From the NCBI GenBank assembly GCA_964019425.1, contig OZ025780.1, positions 744,001 to 808,000 on the forward strand: a stretch of DNA of 64,000 bases, written 5' to 3'. The translations under genes were made by a program, and so were the position numbers. Source of the stretch: Flectonema sp. DT1601. Lineage: Eukaryota. Every line of letters starts with the position of its first letter. The first letter of the stretch is position 1. A model generated the notes under the pieces. The model saw only the letters and a list, made by a program, of their open reading frames with translations, made no database searches and was not told where the DNA came from. Below, piece after piece: positions 1 to 10,720 of the stretch.

Positions 1-249
1 AAAGATGAAGTCAAACAAGTCTATAAAGAATTTGACAATTACGGAGTTGAATATACCGACAGAGAGATAGAAGCACAGATATCAAAATATGCGATCAGAG
101 AGTATGTTGAAGTGTTTTCTTTACTATACAGTAACCAGTTGTATTCAAAAACAAAAAACTTTGAAAAAAAAAAAAAAAATCAAAACAGCGATGGAAAGGT
201 CGACTACGATGAATTCTGTTGCATTGTTCTTTCTATTGCACAGCGGTGA
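1..249 (+). CDS. 3' end of a small EF-hand (calmodulin-like) protein; exons <1..101 and 189..249
   Basis: Removing intron 102..188 (GTATGT...AAAACAG) gives ...KQVYKEFDNYGVEYTDREIEAQISKYAIRDDGKVDYDEFCCIVLSIAQR*, containing the EF-hand loop DDGKVDYDEF. Confidence 0.8.
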   Translation, partial: KDEVKQVYKEFDNYGVEYTDREIEAQISKYAIREYVEVFSLLYSNQLYSKTKNFEKKKKNQNSDGKVDYDEFCCIVLSIAQR

Positions 250-1053
250 TAGTCGTGAGAGGTGAAGGGTGTACTACTCTCGGATTTTTGTGTAAAAAAA
301 AAAAAAAAGAAAATTGGAAAATTCCCCCCTCTTTTTTTTCTTTCTTTCCATGGTATCCTTCTTTGTTACCTTATCGACAACTGCTTCCAAATTAATATAG
401 AGAGGGTTAGCGTTCTGAGGATCCCAATAGCCTGCAAAGGGCTATAAATGTTCTCTTCATAGTCAGTAAAAAGTAATGCCTTTGTTATTTCAGAGCTTTG
501 CTTTGTACTTTTAAAATAAAATTAATTATATGGATCATGGTTGTAGCGCCCCTCCGATAAATTAGCAGCTCTTTATCACTTTGATAGGTGCAATGCTCTT
601 TTAACGTCACACTGCTCTCTGGATTTGAGCTCATGGTCTCTACAGCTATGGTATTAATGATTGTCCCGTCCTTCCCTCTCGGTACTTTTTTTTTTTGTTT
701 TTTAAAGCAGGTGGTAATTGTTTCTCTTCCCCTCCATCACTTCACGGAAGCATTCTTGCTTAACGTGGAGTTGTTTTTTTTTTTTTTTTTTGTAACTTCC
801 GAACAGTTGAGGAAGATACAGAGATAGCTGTTCGCGCTGTTCTATAGCAGAGCTACTTACTAACTTACACACTCATTCTAATTGAGAACATCAAAAGTCG
901 CATAGCTCTCTCTCTCTCTCTCTCTCTCTCTTCTATTCCCGTCCAAACCACATTCCCATTCACACGATTGTTATTATTATTATAAGTAATTTAATGTGAT
1001 GATGATGTGTTTTGGTAAGTCATTAAATCTATTGTTAGAAGTTAACCATCAAT

Positions 1054-2301
1054 ATGAGTGACGTGAATGATGATACCAAGCCAGTTATTAAACGACGAAG
1101 AACAGCAGAAGAGAAAGCCAAGGCAAAGGAACATCCTGCAGTGAATCCAAATGAAAAATTATGTGATGTTTGGTTACCAAGAAAGAGACGGTTTTGTGGA
1201 TTTGGAAAACTTAGTGAAAAGTATTGTGGTCATCATGGATCGGAGCGAGTGCCGTGTACGATAAATCCAAAACATAGCGTGAAAAAATCTGATTTGAATA
1301 GTCACATAAAAATTTGCAGTGATAGACACATGTTACCTCCAACTGAACAATCATACTACAAAAAAGAAATAAATAAAGGAACCCAACCAGAGTCTTCTAC
1401 TCCACTTGACAACGACCAACAAGAAAAACTCTTACGAGAAGTTGTTCAAATTGTTGAAAATTACAATCTAACAGAAACCATTCTCACTGATATCCTTCCA
1501 TGGCCACCACAGTCTACAGTGCAGGGACCTTCAAAATCAAAATCTGTAAAACACGAATCTCAGATAGAATCATTGTTAGGTCATATGCATAAACGAGGTG
1601 TCCTTCCGTCTAATGATGTTTTTATAGGAAAAGGATCCACGACTGATGAGTCGAAAATATCTGAAAAATTAGAAGCAAAAAATCTTCCCTACGACTACAT
1701 AGAATTTGGAGCAGGTAAAGGAACTCTTGCATGTGGAGTTGCGAGAGTGTTGTACGGAGACTATGATGGAGAGCCTGGTGATGGTCATCGGGTTTATCTG
1801 ATCGATAAAAGTAATTTTAGAAGGAAATCACTTCATCCTTCATTCAGCAGACTTCAAGTAGACCTTCAGGACTTTAGTATATCTGGCATCGACAGTGTGA
1901 AACCAGTAGTAGGATTCTCAAAACATTTATGTGGAGTTGCTACCGACTACACTATTCAATCATACTTACAAAGTCCTAGTAACGTACATTCATTATTCGT
2001 GGCTCTCTGTTGCCATCACCGTTGTGAATATAATTCTTATTGTAATCACGATTTCTTATCGAGTATTGGAGTAGATTCGTCAGATAAATTTACATCTCTG
2101 AAAAAGATAACTTCCTGGACGGTTGATGGTAACACAGAATCTGACCAACAACATAAAAAACTTTTAGGAAGAAAAGCAAAACGGATACTTGATTTTGGAA
2201 GAATTCTCAAGTTAAGAGATGCCGGCTATAAAGTATCCCTAACGACATTTATTGACGAAGAGACGACACCTGAGAATTGTTTAATGGTTGCGACAAAGTA
2301 A
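1054..2301 (+). CDS. TRM13: tRNA:m(4)X modification enzyme TRM13 (2'-O-methyltransferase)
   Basis: N-terminal CCCH finger (C..WLPRKRRFC...YCGHH), CHHC finger (PCTINPKH...HIKIC), SAM motif EFGAGKG, KHLCGVATD, ALCCHHRC and TPEN motifs typical of TRM13. Confidence 0.9.
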   Translation: MSDVNDDTKPVIKRRRTAEEKAKAKEHPAVNPNEKLCDVWLPRKRRFCGFGKLSEKYCGHHGSERVPCTINPKHSVKKSDLNSHIKICSDRHMLPPTEQSYYKKEINKGTQPESSTPLDNDQQEKLLREVVQIVENYNLTETILTDILPWPPQSTVQGPSKSKSVKHESQIESLLGHMHKRGVLPSNDVFIGKGSTTDESKISEKLEAKNLPYDYIEFGAGKGTLACGVARVLYGDYDGEPGDGHRVYLIDKSNFRRKSLHPSFSRLQVDLQDFSISGIDSVKPVVGFSKHLCGVATDYTIQSYLQSPSNVHSLFVALCCHHRCEYNSYCNHDFLSSIGVDSSDKFTSLKKITSWTVDGNTESDQQHKKLLGRKAKRILDFGRILKLRDAGYKVSLTTFIDEETTPENCLMVATK

Positions 2302-2418
2302 TTAGGTTTCAGCAGATCTTTTTAAGTAAACAAAAAAGAGTTATTAGTTTAAGATTTCTTCTTTTTTTTAAATATTAATATTTCCACACAGGTCTAACCA
2401 AACCTAACCTAAGCTGAA

Positions 2419-3285
2419 ATGACAGCATCACAATCAATAGAATACTACGAGAGGGTGAGAGCTCCTGTTCTATTCGAAACAATGGCAGCAGAGCTTCTTC
2501 GACGCAAACCCGAAGCAGAACAAGTCATCCCGACACTGCTGGAGCTTCTTAAAAGAAGAATGAATGACGAAGAAGACATCGGAAGCAAAGAAGACGAAGA
2601 AATATACAACGGGCTACACGACAAGTTAGGACTCAGCGGAACTACATTCCAATCAGTACTGTCAAAGTTAGGGCTAGACGAAGATTCTGCAGAAGTTTTT
2701 ATACCATCACTGAAACCAGATGAGAACGGCCAAGTTACTAAGGAGTTGTGGAATAATTGGTTGATAAATATTCCATCTAAACAACGAGAGATAACAGTCA
2801 GTTGGTTAACTAAAAAGTCACAACAACAATCATCAAGTGATACGCGTACGGCAGACACGTCAAAAAGAATTGATTTGGTATTCGAAAATGTTGACGACAG
2901 AGTTAGTAAAGACGGGTCAGTTACGTTAGAAGAACTTCTTAACGTCCTTCAACAAGATAGATTATCAGCAAAGATTCTCTTTGCGGAATTAGATTGTAAC
3001 AGCAACGGTCGAATCTCAAAAACAGAATGGGATGAATATTTTAAAAGCATTGCGACCTCAAGAGGAAGTGATGCAGTCACATCTCGTCTTGAATGGTTGG
3101 AGTCTTGTTTGTTAGCTGATTGCGATGAGGGTGAGACAGCACACCTCGTGAATCGTTCAAAACACTTAAATAAAGAATTGCAAGATATATGCGATGCAAT
3201 AGCACCCAGCACTCCCCGCAGTACTACTAAGCGGAGAAGTCATCGATCATCGTCAGTTCGTTTCACAGATGAGGTTGATAAATAG
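2419..3285 (+). CDS. EF-hand protein with a possible N-terminal RIIa/Dpy-30-like docking domain
   Basis: EF-loop-like DENGQVTKELW, KDGSVTLEEL and DCNSNGRISKTEW; N-terminal YYERVRAPVLFETMAAELLRRKPE resembles D/D helices; pyrimidine/CAG acceptor at ~2390. Confidence 0.65.
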   Translation: MTASQSIEYYERVRAPVLFETMAAELLRRKPEAEQVIPTLLELLKRRMNDEEDIGSKEDEEIYNGLHDKLGLSGTTFQSVLSKLGLDEDSAEVFIPSLKPDENGQVTKELWNNWLINIPSKQREITVSWLTKKSQQQSSSDTRTADTSKRIDLVFENVDDRVSKDGSVTLEELLNVLQQDRLSAKILFAELDCNSNGRISKTEWDEYFKSIATSRGSDAVTSRLEWLESCLLADCDEGETAHLVNRSKHLNKELQDICDAIAPSTPRSTTKRRSHRSSSVRFTDEVDK

Positions 3286-3849
3286 CAACCTTTCCAGGAT
3301 GATATCCTTTAGGGTCTCTTACACTATCAATAAAAAAAGTGAATTAGGTTGTGGCTGTTGGCTGGTATTGGTTTTGTTGACTGAAGTGATTAGGATTTTT
3401 TTCAAAAAAAAAAAAAAAATTCCTCTACGTCCACTTACACGGAGGACAGTCTTATTGCGGTACTTTAGCTACAAAACAAAACATCGTGCGTCACTTACAC
3501 ATGGTGCGTTTTTTTTTTTTTTTTTTTTTTTTTGTTCTCTCTTTTTTTGAAAAATTATTTTTAATAACACTAGTGCGCACGAAGCCAAAAAAAAACCATC
3601 TTTTTTTTTTTTATTTTTTTTTTTATAATATTGTTTTTATGTCTATACCCTTTTTCGATTCGTTTCCTCGACTTATTTTTTTTTTTCTCGTAGGCGTGTG
3701 AACGCAGGAGTTGGTCAAATGACTTCACGCAAATTGTTTACTGAAAATATCAGATCTCGACAAAAGTTTAAAGAAATCTAGTACTGCTCAAGGAAGCTGT
3801 TACACGGCTCTTAGCAGCATGAGGACTAAGCGCGATTTTTCTGGTGATA

Positions 3850-3885
3850 TCAGTTGACGTTGAACGAGCATTCTCTGTCCTGAAA
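3850..3885 (+). pseudogene. Degenerate hAT-like transposase C-terminal fragment
   Basis: Translates as SVDVERAFSVLK, matching the S..VERxFS motif of the hAT C-terminal dimerisation domain; the surrounding frame has stops. Confidence 0.4.
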
Positions 3886-4150
3886 TTCCCAAAGACAAGT
3901 CTTCGTTCTCCACACCTACTGCCTTTCGGAGATACTGATCTGGGCGAGGGGTGACGACATGGAAGCTTTTGTACTGAGATCTGATATTTTCACAAATTTT
4001 TTTGTGTGGAATTATAATTTTTTCAAAAAAAAAAAAATATATAAAAATCATTTTTTAAGTATCCGTATTAACTTTATTATATCCCCCTCTTCCACTCTGA
4101 AGTTTTTTTTTTTTTTTTTTTTTTTTTTTGTATGGAAAAAAAAAAAAACC

Positions 4151-4181
<31 letters not shown>

Positions 4182-4402
4182 AATTCAGTGGTTGGTATAA
4201 AAGCTTAATAAGTTGTTAAGGTTGTGGAACAGATTTCATTTTTATGGGACAATTTTAACAGCTATGAGATACTTAAATCAATCACCTACCGCAGTAATTG
4301 AACGTCTACCCAACTGATACTGGAGCAGCAGATCATTTCTTAACTCTTGCTTTCGTTAAACTACTTTTGCTTCGCAGAGATTTATATTCACACACTTTTA
4401 AA

Positions 4403-4978
4403 ATGATGTACCGTCTCGTTGCATTCGCCTCAATGGCTGCTGCTGTTTTCTCAGCACCTGTCACTCTGACAGCTGACAACTTTGAGGAACTAGTATTCAA
4501 CTCTGGTAAGAATGCTATTGTAAAGTTCTATGCTCCATGGTGTGGACATTGCAAGAAGATGGCACCAGCATGGGACCAGTTAGGAACAGAGTTTGAAGGA
4601 TCGAACGTTATTATCGGAGACGTTGACGCCACCATCCACGGTGACCTCGCCTCAAAGTACGGAGTCTCTGGATACCCAACTCTCAAGGTATTCACTCAGG
4701 AAAAGGGAACTGAACCAGAGGACTACAACGGAGGTCGTTCATACGATGACATTGACACCTATGTTAAGGAAAACCTTCTCGTAAAGTGTAAAATCGCCGA
4801 GCAGGACGGATGCACTGACAAAGAGAAGTCATACATCAAGAAGATGCAAGAAAAGGGTGCTGATAAAATCACCAAGGAATTAGCCAGACTTGAGGGAATG
4901 AAGGGATCCAGCATGAAGGCTGAACTCAAGCAGTGGTGGGCCCAGCGTCTTAACATCCTTCAGCAGCTTAAGGCATAA
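4403..4978 (+). CDS. Protein disulfide isomerase family protein (one thioredoxin domain plus ERp29-like C-terminal helices)
   Basis: Signal peptide MMYRLVAFASMAAAVFS, active site FYAPWCGHCK, GYPTLK; true start is the ATG at 4403 (or 4406), not the TTG at 4298. Confidence 0.92.
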   Translation: MMYRLVAFASMAAAVFSAPVTLTADNFEELVFNSGKNAIVKFYAPWCGHCKKMAPAWDQLGTEFEGSNVIIGDVDATIHGDLASKYGVSGYPTLKVFTQEKGTEPEDYNGGRSYDDIDTYVKENLLVKCKIAEQDGCTDKEKSYIKKMQEKGADKITKELARLEGMKGSSMKAELKQWWAQRLNILQQLKA

Positions 4979-5131
4979 GCATCAAGTTGGATAAATTTAG
5001 TGTGTCGCCCTTCCCCTCCCTTGAAAAAAAGAAAAAATGGTTCTCAAGTAGTATATTTTTTTTTTTGAGATTTCTTGCTCACAACTACAACCCAAGGTGA
5101 AGGGAAAAAAAAAAAAAAAAAAAGGTAGCAA

Positions 5132-5267
5132 AACCATTCAGATAGAGCCTTATACTTCGTTGAACGCAGACAGAATCCTGTCGCAAGGGGGAGATAAGTT
5201 ATGACTATAAGAGATGTCTGCTTTTAACCTGAATAGCTTATTAGCTTATTTCCGACTACGTCGGTAC
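5132..5267. repeat. Dispersed ~120-135 bp structured element, copy A
   Basis: AACCATTCAG...CTGAATAG inverted ends followed by hairpin CCGACTACGTCGG; homologous to 12754-12846 and 17215-17333. Confidence 0.8.
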
Positions 5268-5649
5268 AAAAAAAAAAAAAAAAAAAAATACTTGAGGGAA
5301 AAAACAAAACGAAGAACACAAAAAAAAAAAAAAACGAGAACAAAAAAAAGAGAACTCCCCCTTACTTTGTGCGCATATTTATTCCTCGCTCCCGACGGCA
5401 TGGAATATGGTTAGTCGTCGTGTTCGCAGTATTACCTCGTTGTTCTGTAGTACGTACTCAGTACTTTACTCTTATTTAATACTTATTTAATACCCAGGAT
5501 TATCGATACAACAAATACTAAACAGTAAGAACCATTACTTATATTAATTCATTGATTGGTATTGTTTTGTTTGTTATATTTCTTTTTATCAGAGAGAGAG
5601 TGTAGGGGCGGGATAGCAGCGGGGGGGTTCCTCCCCGCAAACATAAAAC

Positions 5650-7296
5650 ATGCCATTTGAATTCTGTCCTGGTCAGTCCCTTGCTCCTTACCGTGATGCA
5701 GTGATACTGTTTGGGGGTGTTACACGGAGTGGTGCTTATACCAATAGTGTTCATCAGGTTTCTGTGGCGGGAGCGGAACATTCTGAGGTGCTACCAACAG
5801 GAGAGATACTAACAGAAGGAGACATGCCATTCGGAAGAGCATATCACAGCTCCAACATGGTTGGAAATGATATGTTGGTCCTTGGAGGGATTTTGGAAGA
5901 CTCTAAGCGTGAATATGATACTAATCACTTACCGATCTTATCTCTGGCAATGCCAGGAAAATGGAAAAAACAACGAGTCACAGGTTCAATTCCCCCTCAA
6001 ACAAAATTTCACAGCAGCGCTGCATATGGCAGTCAGATATTTCAAATTGGAGGTACGATAGTAAAAACATCATCGGAAAGTCAAGCAGGACTATACCAAC
6101 TTGATACCTCAACATTTATATGGAGAGAGGTAGAAGCATTACTAACTGTTCCAAGAGACCTTCGATTATTTATCTGTGTCTCAAAAATATTTGGCTTAGT
6201 TATTCTATCAACAAAGACTATTGTAGCATACGACGCCGCGACAAAGAAATTAACACCGATAGAGGTGGGTGATGGTCTTAAAAATAAGAATATAGTTTCA
6301 ATGGCTGAAACAACTTCTGGTGTTAGGATCGTCTGTTCAAGTCCCGCGGAGGTATTAAATATTTCAGTTCGAAGAGATAAACCCAACGTGATGTTAGTAA
6401 AGCTTGATGGAGAGATGTCAATCAACTCAAAATCATCATTTTGCAGTACTCCATCAGCTGATATTCTCATCAATTACTCAAAGTCTGAACTGTATACAAT
6501 TCACTACAGTAGTGAAGGTGGATCTGTTATCCGGCATGTGATCGAAACTGAGAGAGAAGGAAGTCCCACATCACAACATGATGAAACATCAACCCAACAA
6601 CCACACAGCGAGAGAAGTAATTTATCTTTTGGTCGTCAATTCGATGTTAAAAAAACTTCTTTTTATAATACTTTTAAATTCAATACTCCTCCAACACCAG
6701 TAGTGCCATTATCAGAGTCGAAACCTGCTATATTAATAAGCCCACGTCCACCCTCTATGTCCAGACCTCCTCCTATACCACACACTCCAGTTAGCAGTGA
6801 GCCTACTGGTCTTAGCAGCGCGTTCATTCAAACGACATCAGCTTCTTCAAGTAAAAGTATTTTATATGGTAGTAGTGGTGTGGTTGGTAATTATAACCTG
6901 TCGTCGGTAGCTCAGAGTGATGAGCGATGGCAACCAGTATCGAATCTGTTTGAAGTCAATAAGGGGTCTGCTATAAAGCTAAAAACGTCAGATCTGTTTG
7001 CAAGTATTAAAGGAGAGTCTGGTAGGGTAACTTCGATAGGTCCTAGTGCGTTATCGAGTAGTAACGGGAGAACTAGATTTCGTAGCCCGTGGCCGAATCA
7101 TCCTCGTCGGACACTATCAGCTCCTCGTGTCGTGATGAGAGAATCACTTCCAGTTCCTGTGTTGAATCATGCAAGACATTGTCGGGCGATATCACCACCA
7201 CCGCCAACTGCAGCAGCAGAGCTTTTTCGACCCCTTCCACGGGTCGATTGCGATCCACGATCGCTTGCATTATCAATGCAGGGACTATTCTTCTGA
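5650..7296 (+). CDS. Kelch-repeat protein with a disordered Ser/Pro-rich C-terminus
   Basis: Kelch-like repeats VILFGG, GRAYHSS...MLVLGG, KFHSSAAYGSQIFQIGG...LYQLDTSTFIW. Confidence 0.75.
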   Translation: MPFEFCPGQSLAPYRDAVILFGGVTRSGAYTNSVHQVSVAGAEHSEVLPTGEILTEGDMPFGRAYHSSNMVGNDMLVLGGILEDSKREYDTNHLPILSLAMPGKWKKQRVTGSIPPQTKFHSSAAYGSQIFQIGGTIVKTSSESQAGLYQLDTSTFIWREVEALLTVPRDLRLFICVSKIFGLVILSTKTIVAYDAATKKLTPIEVGDGLKNKNIVSMAETTSGVRIVCSSPAEVLNISVRRDKPNVMLVKLDGEMSINSKSSFCSTPSADILINYSKSELYTIHYSSEGGSVIRHVIETEREGSPTSQHDETSTQQPHSERSNLSFGRQFDVKKTSFYNTFKFNTPPTPVVPLSESKPAILISPRPPSMSRPPPIPHTPVSSEPTGLSSAFIQTTSASSSKSILYGSSGVVGNYNLSSVAQSDERWQPVSNLFEVNKGSAIKLKTSDLFASIKGESGRVTSIGPSALSSSNGRTRFRSPWPNHPRRTLSAPRVVMRESLPVPVLNHARHCRAISPPPPTAAAELFRPLPRVDCDPRSLALSMQGLFF

Positions 7297-7532
7297 ACTA
7301 TGAAGTTGTTGCTTTAATTAGAAGTTTTTTTTTTTTTTTCCCCCTTTTTATCCAAATACATCCTCACCACCACCCACCTGTAGTCTTACTTTATGTAGTT
7401 GTCTTTTTTGTTTCTACTAAAAAAAAATGAATAAAAATATGGTATTGTTTGCAAAATTTTCATTATTTGATTACCTCCCCTCACAGCCTAACAAACAGGC
7501 AATCTGATTAACACGGCCAGTTGAATGTTTTG

Positions 7533-8525
7533 ATGGAATCAACTCTCAGTAAGAAGAGAACACCAGTTACCAAAGAAGAGTGTGAAGAAGCTATTAAGAG
7601 ATTGTCTAAGGGAGGATTGTTGGTATCTTTAGGTCATTTTGAACAATGTATATTGTCATTACATCCCAGTGTGAGAGAGTTTGAGAGTTGCACTCCTTAT
7701 TTATTGAATAGAGCTTTTGTTGAAGCTGACAGTGTTGGGAAAGGACATCTGACAGCACAGCAACTGCATACTGCAGCTACTAGTGGTTCGCATGTGTTAA
7801 TCTGGAGGCACATGGTTAGACTTGGATTGACTTCAAGACAACTACCACCACCACTCCTACCACCAGCTGGTTCACCACGCTTGCGAAAACGCGCTCCAAG
7901 ACGGTACTGCGAAGACACAAGAAGCCCAGGATTGTGTTTACCTCAAAGTGATGTCAAACCCATTTGTGATGTCAGCGATCTCGCTCATGATTTCCCATCA
8001 ATGAACCTCAACATTACAAAGTCTGACTGTGATGATAAAGTTACTAATAGGCAACTGCTTCCTGCCTTGACAAAGAAGACTGTTCTCAAGTCATTTAAAC
8101 CAAAAGTACCTCATCAATGGGCAGTCGCTGCTCCTCGAAGTCACTTAAAGAAGGATCGTGACAGAAACTGTAAAAAGAAATCTGTTTCTATAATCGCTGA
8201 GGTCAGTCCTAAACGACAACCGTTTAGCAATCGAAAGTGTGATGAGGATATCCTGACGACTAGAACGAGAGCAGCACGCTCACGGATGGGATCAGTTTAT
8301 CGATTTCAGTCAAATCCTCACTTCCGACCTCCTCTGAAACCACAGTCACAATCACAATTCCTTTCTCAGTTCAATCCTGGAAAACACACGAAATTCGATA
8401 CTACGAAAGCAACCAGCTCCCACAATAAAAATGAGAATATTTCTATTCTATCTTCAACACGAAAGGAAATGCAACCGCTGTACAGTTCTCTAGAGCACAG
8501 CTCAGTGGTTGCTAATCCTCTTTAG
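7533..8525 (+). CDS. Hypothetical protein, possible degenerate EF-hand near the N-terminus
   Basis: ~330 codon ORF downstream of a CACAG acceptor-like site; RAFVEADSVGKGHLTAQQL is EF-hand-like; first ATG at 7533. Confidence 0.55.
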   Translation: MESTLSKKRTPVTKEECEEAIKRLSKGGLLVSLGHFEQCILSLHPSVREFESCTPYLLNRAFVEADSVGKGHLTAQQLHTAATSGSHVLIWRHMVRLGLTSRQLPPPLLPPAGSPRLRKRAPRRYCEDTRSPGLCLPQSDVKPICDVSDLAHDFPSMNLNITKSDCDDKVTNRQLLPALTKKTVLKSFKPKVPHQWAVAAPRSHLKKDRDRNCKKKSVSIIAEVSPKRQPFSNRKCDEDILTTRTRAARSRMGSVYRFQSNPHFRPPLKPQSQSQFLSQFNPGKHTKFDTTKATSSHNKNENISILSSTRKEMQPLYSSLEHSSVVANPL

Positions 8526-8833
8526 TTTAAACGGTTAATTTACTTGCGGACCAAATCTATTTCGTATCTGGTGGGTGTTTACACGCTCAACAAATCAACT
8601 AACCCAATATGGTGAGGTAGTCTTTATTAGTTATTATTACTTGTTTTAATCCCTTTTTTTTTTTTTTTGTTTTGTTAATTTTGTGAAGGGTATTTTTTTG
8701 GAAGCAAAAGAGATTTCTTTCGTTTTCTGTTTTCTTTGAGTTATTTTTGGTGCTGGTGAATTGATCAAAAACTCATAAAGTGTGATGGATAATATTATTT
8801 ACTGCTCCACGAAGTTATCAAACATAATAACAA

Positions 8834-10366
8834 ATGGCGTACTTGTCACCTCGTCTTGCTGCTAGTTTGTCTTCGATGGTTGAGGATCCTTCTCATGTCG
8901 CGATGAGCCACACTTTTGCTGTTGGGGAAGCCATGGCCCGTGCCGGTTGTGTCGAAGCGTCTGCCAGGGCTGGTTCCTTATCATCAGCAGCAGCAGCTGC
9001 ATCTGTCAATGCCGGTCACGCCAGAGCGGGAATGATCGCCCAGTCAGGAAGAACAGCTCTCCAGGGAAGACTTGCTGCTGATGCTACTCTGATGGAAGGA
9101 ACAACTGCTGCAGCCCATCAGGCATCTGCAGTTGCTGCTACTGCTGCGGGAGCCGAAGTTTCGTTCAGAGGAATTGAGTTTCAGAGAGAACAGGCAAGCC
9201 TCGTAGCCGCTGAAGGAGTTCTCGGAGCAACAGCACTTAATAGGGACCTCGCTGGGAGGAGAGCAGCCGAACGCGATTTACACAGCTCGTCAGTGACAGC
9301 CGCTGCTGCGCAGCTGGGTGTTGTTAGAAACGAAAGATCTGCGGAAGCGAATTTCGCCGCTGTCAGAGCTACCGCTGCAGGAACAGATGCAGTTAACGCG
9401 AGGGCCAGTGAGAGGACAGCTGCCGCACTGGCACAGGAAGCAACTGTGGTCGCAGCGCAGTCGAGAGACAGGGCGGCTGGGGCTGAGGCACACGCAGTGT
9501 TCACAGAAGCCAGAAGGGCAGAAGCTGCCTCTGCGGCTGCGGCAGCTGCAGCAGCTGCTCGCGCAGCCGCCACTGCCGAACGGGCAGCGACTTCTGCGTT
9601 GGTTGCTGCTGGAAGGGAGGCTGATGCAGCTCGCGTTGCGGCGGCGCAGACAAGAGCAGAAGCCGCCTCAGTTGAGCAGCAAGCTAGAGCTCGTTCTCTT
9701 CACCATGGAGCTACTGCTGCTGATGCCGATGCTGCAGCGAGAAGAGCCGCAGCTGAGCAGGCTGGGGCAACAAACGCATCATCAAGGCTTGTCTTGGCTG
9801 ACAGAGATGCTCAACTGGCAGCAGCAGGAGCATCAGAGGCTGCTAGAGATGCGGCAGTCGCAAGAGCTGATTTGATTGCAAGAGGAGTTGATGAAGCGGC
9901 TGCAAGAGGACAGGTTGCTAACGCCCACGGATCTGTCACAAGAAGTGGGAGACTACTGGAGGGGGCTCATGCAAACCACGCACATGCTGCAGCGAGTGAG
10001 ATAGCCGCCCGTGGAGCTCACGGAGTAGCTGCAACACATGCTTCTATTGAGAGGGTAAGACACGCTCAAGAGCAAGGCGCGCTTGCCACTGCTGGTACGA
10101 GAGAAGTGGCTGCCACGAGTGTTGAGGTCGGAGCACATACATCGGCAAGGCTTGCTGGATTAGACGCAGCCATGGCCGGGGATGTCGCACGTGCTGCTTC
10201 GCTAACGAGAGCTGTTCACGATTCAACTCCGAGACACGCAATTTCAGTTATTGACCCATTGTCTCCCATGGCTGTCACATCTCCACTACACGGGATCGGA
10301 TCAAGTAGTCCAATCCTTGATGCTAAACTAGCTGCATTGGGATCACCATCAGTTCATTACTTCTAA
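8834..10366 (+). CDS. Alanine-rich, predicted long alpha-helical protein of unknown function
   Basis: 510 aa ORF with clear ATG and stop, GC-richer than its flanks, very Ala-rich, only one Lys, no Pro through the long central region. Confidence 0.8.
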   Translation: MAYLSPRLAASLSSMVEDPSHVAMSHTFAVGEAMARAGCVEASARAGSLSSAAAAASVNAGHARAGMIAQSGRTALQGRLAADATLMEGTTAAAHQASAVAATAAGAEVSFRGIEFQREQASLVAAEGVLGATALNRDLAGRRAAERDLHSSSVTAAAAQLGVVRNERSAEANFAAVRATAAGTDAVNARASERTAAALAQEATVVAAQSRDRAAGAEAHAVFTEARRAEAASAAAAAAAAARAAATAERAATSALVAAGREADAARVAAAQTRAEAASVEQQARARSLHHGATAADADAAARRAAAEQAGATNASSRLVLADRDAQLAAAGASEAARDAAVARADLIARGVDEAAARGQVANAHGSVTRSGRLLEGAHANHAHAAASEIAARGAHGVAATHASIERVRHAQEQGALATAGTREVAATSVEVGAHTSARLAGLDAAMAGDVARAASLTRAVHDSTPRHAISVIDPLSPMAVTSPLHGIGSSSPILDAKLAALGSPSVHYF

Positions 10367-10720
10367 GTAGTCTGGTCGTTGTGTTGTCTACAAAAATAAA
10401 AGAAAATAAGAAAAGAAAACTCAGCAGCCTGAGGCACTGCTGAGCTTGTACCCGAACCTCACTGTTGTATGTATACGATTCGTACGTAGTAGTGTACTAC
10501 TAGGATCTCCGCTATTCCTTCCTTTTGGTTGTTGTAGTTTTGTAAGCTGTTTTAAGGGTTCTTTAGTATTTCTTACTTAACAGATACCACAAGAAGTAAT
10601 GTGAAGTACTACAAGTTCTTAGCGTATTTAAATTATAATTCAAGTTGTGATTAATTTTTATGATTGTTATTTAAACTCAACAGAACTAAGAGTACCAAAA
10701 AAAAAAAAAAAAGAAATAAC

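Noticed and set aside
262..827. Short ORFs rich in poly-K/poly-F here and in other intergenic regions (e.g. 3269-4219, 11775-14025, 62171-63141)
   Set aside because: They are translations of poly-A/poly-T tracts with no family motifs
10420..10444. Hairpin CTCAGCAG...CTGCTGAG after the Ala-rich gene as a terminator
   Set aside because: Eukaryotic context, no U-tract and a single occurrence; no function can be supported
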